Source: an uncultured virus (IMG/VR IMGVR_UViG_3300011977_000424) (lineage: Duplodnaviria; Heunggongvirae; Uroviricota; Caudoviricetes). Taken from it: DNA of 64,000 bases. Numbering within the stretch: the first letter of the stretch is position 1; each line of letters begins with the position of its first letter. This document shows, piece after piece, positions 1 to 8,877 of this stretch. The stretch is taken from the IMG/VR virus record IMGVR_UViG_3300011977_000424; one strand, 5' to 3'. The notes beneath the pieces are model-generated. The model had not been told where the DNA came from, did no database searches, and worked only from the letters and a program-made list of their open reading frames with translations. The position numbers were made by a program, and so were the translations under genes.

Positions 1-864
1 ATGAAGAAGTTTACTTTTCTGCTTTTCTTAGTTTGTGGTGTGATGGCTTGCAAAGCCCAAACCTTTGTAGAAAACGGCATCACCTACTCTGTACTGACCG
101 ACTCTACCGTTGCCGTGGCAAGCAACAAGGGCGCTTATGCAGGCGCAGTGACCGTTCCTGCCACCGTGACACACAACGATTCGGCTTTCCACGTGGTGGC
201 TGTGGCTGCGCGGGCCTTTCAAGCCAGCAAGGCACTCACATCGGTTACACTGCCCGAAAGTGTCACTACGCTGGGCAATTATGCCTTCAACCAGTGCACG
301 GCACTCACCACAGTGCATCTGCCAGAGAGCCTGACAGAAGTGCCTAACTACACTTTCTACTTCTGCACATCGCTCACCTCGGTCAACATTCCGGCGGGCA
401 TCACACGCGTGGGACGCTCGGCCTTCTCTTATTGCACGGCGCTATCAAACCTCACACTGCCTGCCACGTGCACCGAACTGGGCGGTTCGGCCTTCTTGGG
501 CTGTGGCCTGACCACGTTCGAAGTGCCTCAGGGCGTGACTCTCATACCCTCTTATTGCTTCTCATCGTGTGTAAATCTTTCCAAGATAACCCTGCCTTCG
601 TCGCTCGACTCTATAGCTGCCGATGGCTTCCAGGCTTGTTCCTCGCTCACCAGTATCACCCTTCCGGCCAGCCTGCACGGCATGGGCACCATGGCTTTTG
701 CCTCTTGCTCCGGTCTGGTGTCAGTGACCGTGCCCGACGGAGTGGCCTATGTGGGCAACCAATGCTTTTACAACTGCCCCAACCTGCAGCGTGTTACGCT
801 GGGCAAGGGCGTGCGCTCGTTGGGCTCGGATGTGTTTACAGAATATAGTACAATAATTTTATAA
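1..864 (+). CDS. Host BspA/TpLRR-type leucine-rich repeat surface protein, probably C-terminally truncated by prophage insertion
   Basis: Signal-peptide-like N-terminus; repeated LTSVTLPxxxxxIGxxAFxxC units; the last repeat breaks off at GSDVF-TEYSTIIL* exactly where GC content falls (~835). Confidence 0.8.
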   Translation: MKKFTFLLFLVCGVMACKAQTFVENGITYSVLTDSTVAVASNKGAYAGAVTVPATVTHNDSAFHVVAVAARAFQASKALTSVTLPESVTTLGNYAFNQCTALTTVHLPESLTEVPNYTFYFCTSLTSVNIPAGITRVGRSAFSYCTALSNLTLPATCTELGGSAFLGCGLTTFEVPQGVTLIPSYCFSSCVNLSKITLPSSLDSIAADGFQACSSLTSITLPASLHGMGTMAFASCSGLVSVTVPDGVAYVGNQCFYNCPNLQRVTLGKGVRSLGSDVFTEYSTIIL

Positions 865-1024
865 GGTCATAGAAATTTTGAAACTTTGAATATTTGTAAT
901 TGCTTGATAATTAGAGCATACCAAATTATTCTTATTTATTCTAAAATATACTGATTTCAAAATTAATCAAATCTTATCAAAAATTATTGCTACGTTTGTG
1001 TAACGTTTCTCAGATTATTTTTCT

Positions 1025-1032
1025 TATCTTTG
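1025..1032 (+). promoter_or_regulatory. Bacteroidetes -7 promoter element upstream of integrase
   Basis: TATCTTTG(C) matches TAnnTTTG, about 27 nt before the ATG. Confidence 0.6.
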
Positions 1033-1059
1033 CAACCGTAATCTTCTTATTTATGGCTT

Positions 1060-2493
1060 ATGGTAACAATAATCTGTCGCAAGTACGGCAACACTGATTC
1101 GGTGATGCTGTCTGTCCGGATCAAGTCGGGCGACTTCAACAGTGCCGTGGCGCTGGGCATCAGTGTGAGCGCTGCGCGCTGGATGCTGCTTAGCTCCACT
1201 CTCAAACAGGCGCGCACTTCTTATCGTCGTGGTACCACGATTTTCATTGATGATGTACTCACTTCCAAACTCTGGGACTTGCTAAAGCGCCTCATGGCTC
1301 AGGATAAGGCCGGAATTATCACGCACAAGAGCGTTGATGAGGCTATCCGGGCAACCCTTCATCAGGACGAATTAGAGGAGCTTAAACGCTCGCAAAAGGA
1401 GAAGGATGAAATGGATAAGCTTCGCGCACTGGCTAACAAGACAACGCTCAACAAGTTTATTCAGAAGTATTATGAGGACTGCCGGGATGGCGTGCGCCTG
1501 AAACGTGGTAGCACAAAGAAGCAATCTCCCATGATGGTGAAACTGTATCGTGGATTTATCCACGTATTCAACGACTACCAAAAAGATAAGCATAGGGTGG
1601 TAGACTGGGACGACGTTACTCTTGATCTCTTCTATGATTTCAAATCATGGATGGTTGAAAAACGACAGTATGCACCTAACACAATAGTTCTCCAGTTCAG
1701 GATCTTCAAAACCATGTTGCGCGCTGCCAGGGAAATGAAGCTCACGACGACGGACGACTTCATGAGCGATAGATGGAACCTCTCAGCCGAGGAGGTAGAT
1801 AACATCTGGATCCCGAAGGACCGGCTAAAGCAAATGCACGAGTTTGATGTAACCGATGAGGCTAATCTTGAATCACATATCAATAAACTCTCACGTGTGG
1901 AGCTGCCAAAACAGGAGCGTGCGGATCTGCTTCTCTTCATCAAGTATGAGCGTCACCGGCAATGGCTCGCGGATGCAAAGGATATATTCTTACTCGCTTG
2001 TTCTATTGGCCAACGTAAATCTGACTTCATGCGAGTGAACAACAAAATGCTCATCAACTTCAATGGCCGCGACTTCATTCAGCTCACTCAACAGAAAACG
2101 GGGAAGATGGTGTATATTCCTGTGAACAATGTCGTGCGTGAAGTATTGCTGAAGCATGGTGGCACGCTGCCAAAGATGCAGTCTCAGAAGCTTGTTGATT
2201 TGGTTAGAAAGATTGCGCTTATGCTCGGATGGACAGAGGATGCAGGAATAGAGACGCAGAAGGGCAACATGGCCTATCCTTCACACAAGAAGTTCTGGGA
2301 GTGCATCAAGACACACACGGCGCGGCGCACATTTGCCACAAACGCTTATCGGGATGGCGTGCCACTGCCGGCAATACAGGCGGTAACGGGCCACTCATCA
2401 GAAGGTATGCTCCGAAAGTATCTCAAACTGGACAGCAAGGAGCGCGCCTTGATGGCTGCTGACGCTCTGGCCAAGGTAGCCAACAACTTCTAA
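1060..2493 (+). CDS. int: Tyrosine recombinase/phage integrase
   Basis: GQRKSD (Arg), QQKTGK (Lys), HTARRTFAT (HxxR), TGHS and C-terminal KY catalytic motifs; SAM-like core-binding region. Confidence 0.95.
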   Translation: MVTIICRKYGNTDSVMLSVRIKSGDFNSAVALGISVSAARWMLLSSTLKQARTSYRRGTTIFIDDVLTSKLWDLLKRLMAQDKAGIITHKSVDEAIRATLHQDELEELKRSQKEKDEMDKLRALANKTTLNKFIQKYYEDCRDGVRLKRGSTKKQSPMMVKLYRGFIHVFNDYQKDKHRVVDWDDVTLDLFYDFKSWMVEKRQYAPNTIVLQFRIFKTMLRAAREMKLTTTDDFMSDRWNLSAEEVDNIWIPKDRLKQMHEFDVTDEANLESHINKLSRVELPKQERADLLLFIKYERHRQWLADAKDIFLLACSIGQRKSDFMRVNNKMLINFNGRDFIQLTQQKTGKMVYIPVNNVVREVLLKHGGTLPKMQSQKLVDLVRKIALMLGWTEDAGIETQKGNMAYPSHKKFWECIKTHTARRTFATNAYRDGVPLPAIQAVTGHSSEGMLRKYLKLDSKERALMAADALAKVANNF

Positions 2494-2774
2494 CTTTTCA
2501 TCCGGACAATAACGTCTTTCAAAGCCTCCACTTGCGCCTGGAGGCTTTTTATTTGCTCCTTATCTTCGTTGTGGCCGTCGGCGTCGGCCTCATCAAAGAA
2601 GTAACCCACTGGCACACCATAGAAGGCGGCTATCCTTTCCAACAGATCGGTTTGGAAGGGGCGCTGCTTGTGTATGATATTCCACATCGTTTGGTAGGTG
2701 GTGCCCATCTTCTTGGCATCACCGTACTTGTCTGTGCTCTTTTCGTAGAGCTGCTTCAATCGGTCTGTGTTCAT
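2490..2774 (-). CDS. Xre-family HTH regulator with C-terminal coiled coil
   Basis: AKKMGTTYQTMWNII...LERIAAFYGVPVGYFF; start moved to MNTDRL (ATG 2774). Confidence 0.75.
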   Translation of the reverse strand: MNTDRLKQLYEKSTDKYGDAKKMGTTYQTMWNIIHKQRPFQTDLLERIAAFYGVPVGYFFDEADADGHNEDKEQIKSLQAQVEALKDVIVRMKS

Positions 2775-3154
2775 TTTGATGCCACCTTGAAAAGAATTAT
2801 ACAAAACAATACGAATACTATAATATTGCTGACACAAACTATTCTATTGAAAGTTACACTATATTGAAAGAAAAGCCAAATATTTGATGCAATCAATGCT
2901 ATTGGTGTGAAAATAGTAAAAAACACATTAATTTTTCCAGGCCCAAGAATACTTAATCGGCTATTCAATTTGACACCATGTTTTTCTGCAAAATAAGCAG
3001 CTCCTATATACTGCATCTTAACATAAGCTAAAACAAATGCACACGTAGTAACAGTAATCACGGTCAAATTTTGTAATAATCCGTCCGTAAACCACATGAC
3101 AACGAATGATATTATCAGTAATAAATGGCAACCTATATAGACTAAGCCTTTCAT
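2771..3154 (-). CDS. Low-GC small membrane protein in the immunity region (ORF boundaries uncertain)
   Basis: Several hydrophobic segments; AT-rich; lies between two HTH genes. Confidence 0.5.
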   Translation of the reverse strand: MKGLVYIGCHLLLIISFVVMWFTDGLLQNLTVITVTTCAFVLAYVKMQYIGAAYFAEKHGVKLNSRLSILGPGKINVFFTIFTPIALIASNIWLFFQYSVTFNRIVCVSNIIVFVLFCIILFKVASK

Positions 3155-3173
3155 ATTTTTGGTTTGAGATTAA

Positions 3174-3500
3174 TTATCCAACATTCACCATCCCACCATG
3201 GTTCTTCTTTAACCCAACAACTTCGCGAAGAACACTATTCTCCGCACGAAGTTGAATAATCTCGTCGTGCTCACTTGTTGAAACACGCTCTGACCGAAGC
3301 ATATCACCTTCTCCGCCACTTAGAAGCCAGTCACCTGAAAGACCTTCGCATTTTGAATACACCAATTCAATATCAAAAGATTGGCGTTTTATCCAAGTAT
3401 TGATAGTCTGAGGTGCTACACCTAACATGTTAGCAAACTTAGCTTTATTCCCATCTGTATAATGAGATATAAGTTCTTCGAGCATTTCTTTCTTATCCAT
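3174..3500 (-). CDS. CI-like phage repressor (HTH plus coiled coil, no S24 peptidase domain)
   Basis: NKAKFANMLGVAPQTINTW HTH and GLSGDWLLSG motif; divergent from the early operon. Confidence 0.8.
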   Translation of the reverse strand: MDKKEMLEELISHYTDGNKAKFANMLGVAPQTINTWIKRQSFDIELVYSKCEGLSGDWLLSGGEGDMLRSERVSTSEHDEIIQLRAENSVLREVVGLKKNHGGMVNVG

Positions 3501-3521
3501 AGTCTAAAACGTTAAAAAGTT

Positions 3522-3582
3522 CAAAATGAATATTAAAAGTATTCGTTTTGCTTGCTTTGTTAATTCATATTGCTTATCTTTG
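3522..3582. promoter_or_regulatory. Lysis/lysogeny switch region: operator-like inverted repeat plus rightward -7 element
   Basis: CAAAATGAATA (3522-3532) / TATTCGTTTTG (3540-3550) inverted repeat at 10/11; third half-site 3562-3572; TATCTTTG at 3575-3582. Confidence 0.65.
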
Positions 3583-3610
3583 CACCATAAAGTTAGTAAA
3601 TAAGTAAGTA

Positions 3611-3811
3611 ATGAGCAAGAAAAAAGCAGAAAAACAGCCTATTGCACCTGCACTTCGGGCGCTTTCTTTAGGCAAGTGCACAGTGTTCAAGCTTCATCGC
3701 CTGGCTACTGTGAAGAACACCTGTTCTTATCTCTCTCTCACGGAAGGTATGCAGTTCTCTACACACCTCAACCGGACAGACAAAGTTATTGAAGTCACTC
3801 GTACACGCTAA
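3611..3811 (+). CDS. Small Cro-position DNA-binding protein
   Basis: 66-aa basic ORF, first gene divergent from the repressor. Confidence 0.55.
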   Translation: MSKKKAEKQPIAPALRALSLGKCTVFKLHRLATVKNTCSYLSLTEGMQFSTHLNRTDKVIEVTRTR

Positions 3812-4125
3812 TGGAAAACTTGATGTCTATAATCAACTCTGGTGCTGGCAACACGCTTCTTGTGGTGTCGCTCGCCGATCTCAAAGCCTTTGCTGATTCC
3901 CTCATCAGCAAGACTGTGAAGGTTGTTGAGGCTCAGTACCAGGATGAGAATTATACCATCGAAGAGGCTGCCAAGTATCTCAAGGTAACACCGGCCACTG
4001 TCTATAACTATATCAGTGACGGCAAACTCACTCCACAGAAGATAGGCGGTCGCACGCTCATCAGCCGGTTCAACATTCAATCGGCACTCAACTCAGGAGC
4101 AATCAAGAAGTATAAACACTTATAA
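3811..4125 (+). CDS. Excisionase-like HTH_17 DNA-binding protein
   Basis: YTIEEAAKYLKVTPATVYNYISDGKL...KIGGRTLI. Confidence 0.85.
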   Translation: MENLMSIINSGAGNTLLVVSLADLKAFADSLISKTVKVVEAQYQDENYTIEEAAKYLKVTPATVYNYISDGKLTPQKIGGRTLISRFNIQSALNSGAIKKYKHL

Positions 4126-4135
4126 GCTTCGATAT

Positions 4136-4537
4136 ATGAAAACAAATGTAATCTTCCGTAAAGATGGTTCCATCATGTGGGGAAATGTTATGATTGGGAC
4201 CTGGAAAACTACCAATAGTCACGGCTATGGTACAGTGTGTAACTTCGACGGCCTTGTTAAGCTTGGCGAAATGATCTATTCAAGACGTGCGGATGCTGCT
4301 CTTGATATAGAGCGCAAGGTTGCTAAGCACATGTGGGCCGTGGTGATTAATGGCTCCGAGGTGGTAGGCATCACTCCGGATCAGTTCTACGGCCAACGTG
4401 TCGTCGTGCGTCTCTACATGCGCGGCGAGAAGTCGGCGGCCCTCACTCCTCTCTACCGCCTGTGGCGCTCCATGTGGGACCATAGCAACATAGAGAACTA
4501 TAACGAACTTCCGTCCATGATCCTGGGCAATCACTAA
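4136..4537 (+). CDS. Hypothetical phage protein
   Basis: 133-aa ORF within the early operon. Confidence 0.6.
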   Translation: MKTNVIFRKDGSIMWGNVMIGTWKTTNSHGYGTVCNFDGLVKLGEMIYSRRADAALDIERKVAKHMWAVVINGSEVVGITPDQFYGQRVVVRLYMRGEKSAALTPLYRLWRSMWDHSNIENYNELPSMILGNH

Positions 4538-4554
4538 CTTAAAACACTACGACT

Positions 4555-4683
4555 ATGAAGGAATTATTAGAAGATTATCGTCGTGAAGGTTTCACGCTCC
4601 GTGAATGGATTATCTACGGCGTTCTATATCCTTTAGGCCTCTTCGGCGCTGTGCTGCTTGGTGGCCTCTTTGAAACGCTCTAA
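4555..4683 (+). CDS. Small membrane protein (42 aa), absent from the ORF track
   Basis: MKELLEDYRREGFTLREWIIYGVLYPLGLFGAVLLGGLFETL*; A-rich start context; one TM segment. Confidence 0.6.
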   Translation: MKELLEDYRREGFTLREWIIYGVLYPLGLFGAVLLGGLFETL

Positions 4684-4781
4684 GCATACGATTAACTACA
4701 TAGATAAGTAACGTTAGAAAACATCGGCTGCATACTGTTATGAAACAGTTGCAGCCTCAACTAAAAACACTTCTGACTATT

Positions 4782-5024
4782 ATGGCAAAGAAATATAAAC
4801 AGGGCACTACCTGTGCCCAATGCATAGCGGCTCACCTCTACCGGCATAACACTTACGATCCTATCCTTCGCGAGTGTAAGAAACGGCCGTTGCCGTCGTC
4901 TGATCTCTCCGGCAACATCTACGAAGTAGACGTGGCCAGTCGGCCAGGTTGTGAGCGTTTTGATGAGGCCAAAGTGCCAAACGTTGTTCACGACTATGCC
5001 CTGAAAGAAAGGGTCTCTGCTTAA
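4782..5024 (+). CDS. Hypothetical Cys-containing phage protein
   Basis: Likely start MAKKYK; CAQC...C...C pattern. Confidence 0.55.
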   Translation: MAKKYKQGTTCAQCIAAHLYRHNTYDPILRECKKRPLPSSDLSGNIYEVDVASRPGCERFDEAKVPNVVHDYALKERVSA

Positions 5025-5041
5025 CTTGTGGAGGCATCTGT

Positions 5042-5758
5042 ATGAAGGAGAGTTTTGTTCTATACACTTCGCAGTATGAGGCTATCACTGAGCTTTCACA
5101 GGCTCAGAAGGGAGAACTGTTTGAAGCGCTCTTCCACTACGTGATGTCCGATGAGGTGCCCACATTCTCATGCCCTGAGATTAAGATGGCCTTCAACTTC
5201 ATGCGGCTCCAAATAGACCGGGACACAAAGAAGTACGAAGGCATCGTGGCTAAGCGCAAAGCGGCTGGCCGTCGGGGTGGTCGTGCAAAAGCAAATGCTG
5301 AACAAGCACGGCAAGAGTTAGCAAATGTAGCAAACCAAGCAAATGCTAATTTTGCTAAGCATAATGATAATGTAAATGATAATGATAATGTAAATGATAA
5401 TGTAAATGATAGTAATACAAACATAGTTTGTGATACTAACTATTCAAAAAAAACAAAACGCGAGGAGGTTTTGAAAAACGAAGAAGAATGGTTTTTGAAA
5501 GTGCTGCATTGGTTCAACGATATGGTTGCCTACACCGGCGCTTCCATCCGTCCGGTAAGGGTAATAACCGATAAACGGCGTGAAGCTCTGAGGGCCATTC
5601 GCAAACAGTACAACGGCGATCAGATACGCACGGCCTTGGGCAATGCCCTTCACTCTCCCTACGCCAACGGAAAGACAAAGCAACGCAAAACGCCTGCTGA
5701 CTTCGACTGGATTATTCGCTTCGACAACTTTACTCGTGCTTTTGAAGGTTCACTCTAA
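5042..5758 (+). CDS. Phage replication initiator/replisome organizer (DUF6291-like N-terminus)
   Basis: KESFVLY...LSQAQKGELFEALFHY, AGRRGG, Asn/Asp linker, C-terminal ADFDWII...FEG. Confidence 0.8.
   Translation: MKESFVLYTSQYEAITELSQAQKGELFEALFHYVMSDEVPTFSCPEIKMAFNFMRLQIDRDTKKYEGIVAKRKAAGRRGGRAKANAEQARQELANVANQANANFAKHNDNVNDNDNVNDNVNDSNTNIVCDTNYSKKTKREEVLKNEEEWFLKVLHWFNDMVAYTGASIRPVRVITDKRREALRAIRKQYNGDQIRTALGNALHSPYANGKTKQRKTPADFDWIIRFDNFTRAFEGSL
5290..5411. repeat. Putative intragenic replication origin: AGCAAA iterons followed by AT-rich short tandem repeats
   Basis: AGCAAA at 5290, 5320, 5329 and 5338, inverted TTTGCT at 5351, then AATGAT/AATGTA repeats at 5363-5411. Confidence 0.55.
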
Positions 5759-5771
5759 AACGAAAACGATT

Positions 5772-6248
5772 ATGAAACATAAAGAATCAGACCTGCAGAT
5801 CTCCTGCATAAAGTGGTTCAGGGCTCAGTACCCTGCTTACGCCAAGCTGCTCTTCCATCCAAAGAACGAGGGCAACGGCAATCGTCGTCAAGGTGCAATC
5901 CACAAGGCCGAGGGCGTGGTGGCCGGTGTGGCTAATCTCATGCTCCAGGTGCCTGCCGACTTCAACACTCCGGTGTTTCAGAAATACTACACCTGCCTGG
6001 CACTGGAAATGAAAACCAAGACGGGACGTCAGGAGCCATCACAGAAAATCTTTCAGCAATATCTGGAGGCTGCCGGTGGCAAGTATAACATCATCCGCGA
6101 TTTAGATACTTTCTGTGACGTGGTAACAGACTACATGGGGTGGGTGCCTAAACAGATAGACAAAAGCATTAAGCAAGCCTACAAGGAAATCGAGGACGAA
6201 GAGACTGCACGCGCTCGCGCTGAGTTCAAAAAACTATTAAACAAGTAG
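5772..6248 (+). CDS. VRR-NUC family nuclease
   Basis: ESDLQISCIKWF, HPKNEG, GVVAGVANL, LEMKTKTGRQ..SQK; the usual PD-motif Asp appears as Asn. Confidence 0.8.
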   Translation: MKHKESDLQISCIKWFRAQYPAYAKLLFHPKNEGNGNRRQGAIHKAEGVVAGVANLMLQVPADFNTPVFQKYYTCLALEMKTKTGRQEPSQKIFQQYLEAAGGKYNIIRDLDTFCDVVTDYMGWVPKQIDKSIKQAYKEIEDEETARARAEFKKLLNK

Positions 6249-6252
6249 CATC

Positions 6253-6430
6253 ATGGCCAAAGTATTTTTCAGTTGTGAAGCATGTTGTTTCTGCATCGTA
6301 GATGGCCCTTATGGGGGGGGGTAGATGCTTCAATAGCAAATCTCCGTATTACGGCCAATGGCCCGGAATGTTCGGGAGTTGTGCACAAGGTAAGCCGATA
6401 AGGCATTTAGTTAAACTTCAAAAAGCATGA
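6253..6430 (+). pseudogene. Small Cys-rich protein frameshifted at a G9 tract
   Basis: G9 at 6313-6321 gives TAG at 6322; G8 would give a 58-aa ORF ending in TGA at 6428-6430, next to the following ATG at 6432. Confidence 0.6.
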
Positions 6431-6431
6431 T

Positions 6432-6737
6432 ATGGAAAAATCAACAGACAACAAACAGGGTTCAACCTTCTACGAGCTTATGGGCTACGCTCTCGATGCG
6501 TGCGCTCACTTCCGTTCACCGGCGGACACGGCCATTTGCGTGGTTACTGACGGACACAGCGTGCAGCATCTTTTTGGCGGCAACTCGGTATCAGCAACAA
6601 TCGCGCTGGCACAAACTATTCAGGCCTACCCGGCACTCGAACAAATCTTCAAGGATGCACTCACCTTGGCTAAGACTGCTGTGCGTGCTCACGCTCCGGA
6701 AGTTCTTTCCGACGGCGTTTCAGAAAACGAAGTGTAA
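6432..6737 (+). CDS. Hypothetical phage protein
   Basis: 101-aa ORF in operon. Confidence 0.6.
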   Translation: MEKSTDNKQGSTFYELMGYALDACAHFRSPADTAICVVTDGHSVQHLFGGNSVSATIALAQTIQAYPALEQIFKDALTLAKTAVRAHAPEVLSDGVSENEV

Positions 6738-6757
6738 TCAACTTTATCAATACAACT

Positions 6758-7561
6758 ATGGCAAAAGAAAAATTAACACCAACCGACGACGGCCTGAGCA
6801 TACAGTCTATCACGGCCAGTTGGTTTGAAGTAGGAATCCGTTATGACAAAACAATGGAGGATGGCACCCAGAAGAAGGTTACAGAACAGTATACCGTGGA
6901 TGCGCTATCGTTTAGCGAAGCTGAGGCTCGCATTACAGAAGAAATGTCGGCCTATATCTCGGGCGACTTCAAGGTGGTTACTGAAAAGGTAGCTACCTAC
7001 GGTGAGATCTTCTTCTCCGACAAAGATGCTGACGACAAATGGTACAAGGTCAAAGTAGCCTTCATCACCATTGATGAGAAAACAGAGAAGGAGAAGCGCT
7101 CGCGTGTCACTTATCTGGTTCAGGCCAACAGCACGGCCAAGGCTGAGAAGTATATGCACCATGTGATGGGCGGTACCATGATCGACTATGAGGTACTTTC
7201 GGTATCTGACACTAAGATTATGGATGTGTTCCGGCACTCCTATGCTGACAAGCCAGGTAACAAGATTCCTGCCACTGTTGCTAAGAAGATGTGTGAGCAA
7301 CTACCGGAAGATGCCATTGAGAAGGTTAATCTCATGGATGAGAATGAGAAGAGTGGCCTATTCTTCATCGGTCGTACTCTTGCCAAACCGGCAAAGTATG
7401 AAGAGAGACGAATAGTTACTTTGCAAGCCGGCTCGGTGATAGCTGACATCGACATGTATCAAGGCTTACTGCATGCTGGTATGGCGGCGAAGGATCTCAC
7501 GGTGTATCTCGTCAAACTTCCGGAAAATATGCAAGGTCCGGACACAGACAAAGAAGAATAG
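6758..7561 (+). CDS. DUF4494-like Bacteroidetes phage protein with C-terminal extension
   Basis: WFEVGIRYDKTMEDGTQKKVTEQYTVDALSFSEAEARI...KWYKVKVAFITIDEK. Confidence 0.8.
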   Translation: MAKEKLTPTDDGLSIQSITASWFEVGIRYDKTMEDGTQKKVTEQYTVDALSFSEAEARITEEMSAYISGDFKVVTEKVATYGEIFFSDKDADDKWYKVKVAFITIDEKTEKEKRSRVTYLVQANSTAKAEKYMHHVMGGTMIDYEVLSVSDTKIMDVFRHSYADKPGNKIPATVAKKMCEQLPEDAIEKVNLMDENEKSGLFFIGRTLAKPAKYEERRIVTLQAGSVIADIDMYQGLLHAGMAAKDLTVYLVKLPENMQGPDTDKEE

Positions 7562-7564
7562 CCC

Positions 7565-8038
7565 ATGAAGCGCGTGCACGTTGAGATAGGATTGGAAAGC
7601 TACGACGCTCCCGTGGTCCAGGAATGGCCGGATGATCCCTTCTGGAAAGACTACATCAAAGTACAGAAGGTTCCACACACCACAGCCTTGATGCACAAGC
7701 GTTGGGTGCGCTGCCTCGATGATGAGGCTCCGGCCACTACCACTTGTGAGGAGTTCCTCCGCACTCATTGGGACAAACAGCGCAACTGCCTTGGCACTGA
7801 CTATCTGGAGGAGTTCTACCAACTATATCGAAGCTGCCATAATCCTAAACCCACAGTTGGCACTTCTCCGGTCTCAGCGCCTGCAATGGTAGCAACAGGG
7901 GATGCACAGGGGATCCCCCATACATCCCCTCATCCGGTCGCTCCGTGCACGCCTTCACCGGCTCCCTCTCACAAAAAGAAATCTAAGAAGGCTGTCTCTC
8001 ATCAGCCTCAGCAACTCGAACTAAATTTTGATTGGTAA
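7565..8038 (+). CDS. Hypothetical protein ending in a QLELNF (clamp-binding-like) motif
   Basis: 157-aa ORF with Pro-rich linker. Confidence 0.55.
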   Translation: MKRVHVEIGLESYDAPVVQEWPDDPFWKDYIKVQKVPHTTALMHKRWVRCLDDEAPATTTCEEFLRTHWDKQRNCLGTDYLEEFYQLYRSCHNPKPTVGTSPVSAPAMVATGDAQGIPHTSPHPVAPCTPSPAPSHKKKSKKAVSHQPQQLELNFDW

Positions 8039-8039
8039 T

Positions 8040-8582
8040 ATGAAGCGTTGTTTCTATCATACTAAATACGGCCGTGTAGTGGAGCGTGAAGGCTATGCCA
8101 CTCGCATATCATGGAGCAAGCAAATGCTTGATGATCTTCGGCGCCTCTATCCTCGTACAAAGAATGAGGACGTGGCGATAGAGTGCGGCGTCTCTGTCCG
8201 CACGATGATCCGCAAAGCTCGTGAGCTGGGTTTGCAGAAGGATCCGGAATGGATGCGTGCTCACTCTCGTGCCAACTGCAAGACAATGCGTATTCTGAAC
8301 AAATGCATAGGGAACAGTGGACAATGGAAACGTGGCGAGCACGCTTCGCCTGAGCACGAGTTTAAGCCTGGCCGTCGTGTCTGGACCGACGATAAGGTTA
8401 TTCAGCTCCGTCAGCTCTACGCAAAGCACACCTCTCGGGAGGTTGCGGATATAATGGGCGTGTCGGTGAGCGCAATCAATAACGCCTCTCGCGTTTTCGG
8501 TCTGCGCAAGGATCCCGATTGGCTGCGTTCTCATCGTCGCTACGTTCAAATGCAATTAGCAAGCAAAAGAAGAAAGAAATGA
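8040..8582 (+). CDS. Protein with duplicated HTH-like repeat
   Basis: Two copies of W....L..LY......VA...GVSV......A...GL.KDP.W.R.H. Confidence 0.7.
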   Translation: MKRCFYHTKYGRVVEREGYATRISWSKQMLDDLRRLYPRTKNEDVAIECGVSVRTMIRKARELGLQKDPEWMRAHSRANCKTMRILNKCIGNSGQWKRGEHASPEHEFKPGRRVWTDDKVIQLRQLYAKHTSREVADIMGVSVSAINNASRVFGLRKDPDWLRSHRRYVQMQLASKRRKK

Positions 8583-8872
8583 AGAAAAGAACGATCACAA
8601 TTACGATTTACAGTCCACGCGAACTTTGGGATAAGTTTGCGTATTGGATTTGGCGGCTGATTCTTTTTCACTATCGGCTTCAGTGCCGCAATCTTGTAAA
8701 CGATCTGGAGAATGATATAACTAATCATATAGGTGAAATCATTACTGAGGCCTATAATCAACAGGGCACTCCTCATTGGGTGGGGACAATGAATAAAGAA
8801 ATAATGAAGAAAGTAACCAGTGACTTTGAACTATATAAGAAACTGGTTTATTATGGACCATATAAAGATTAA
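8579..8872 (+). CDS. Hypothetical phage protein
   Basis: Likely start MKKRTI overlapping the upstream stop. Confidence 0.5.
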   Translation: MKKRTITITIYSPRELWDKFAYWIWRLILFHYRLQCRNLVNDLENDITNHIGEIITEAYNQQGTPHWVGTMNKEIMKKVTSDFELYKKLVYYGPYKD

Positions 8873-8877
8873 GCATT

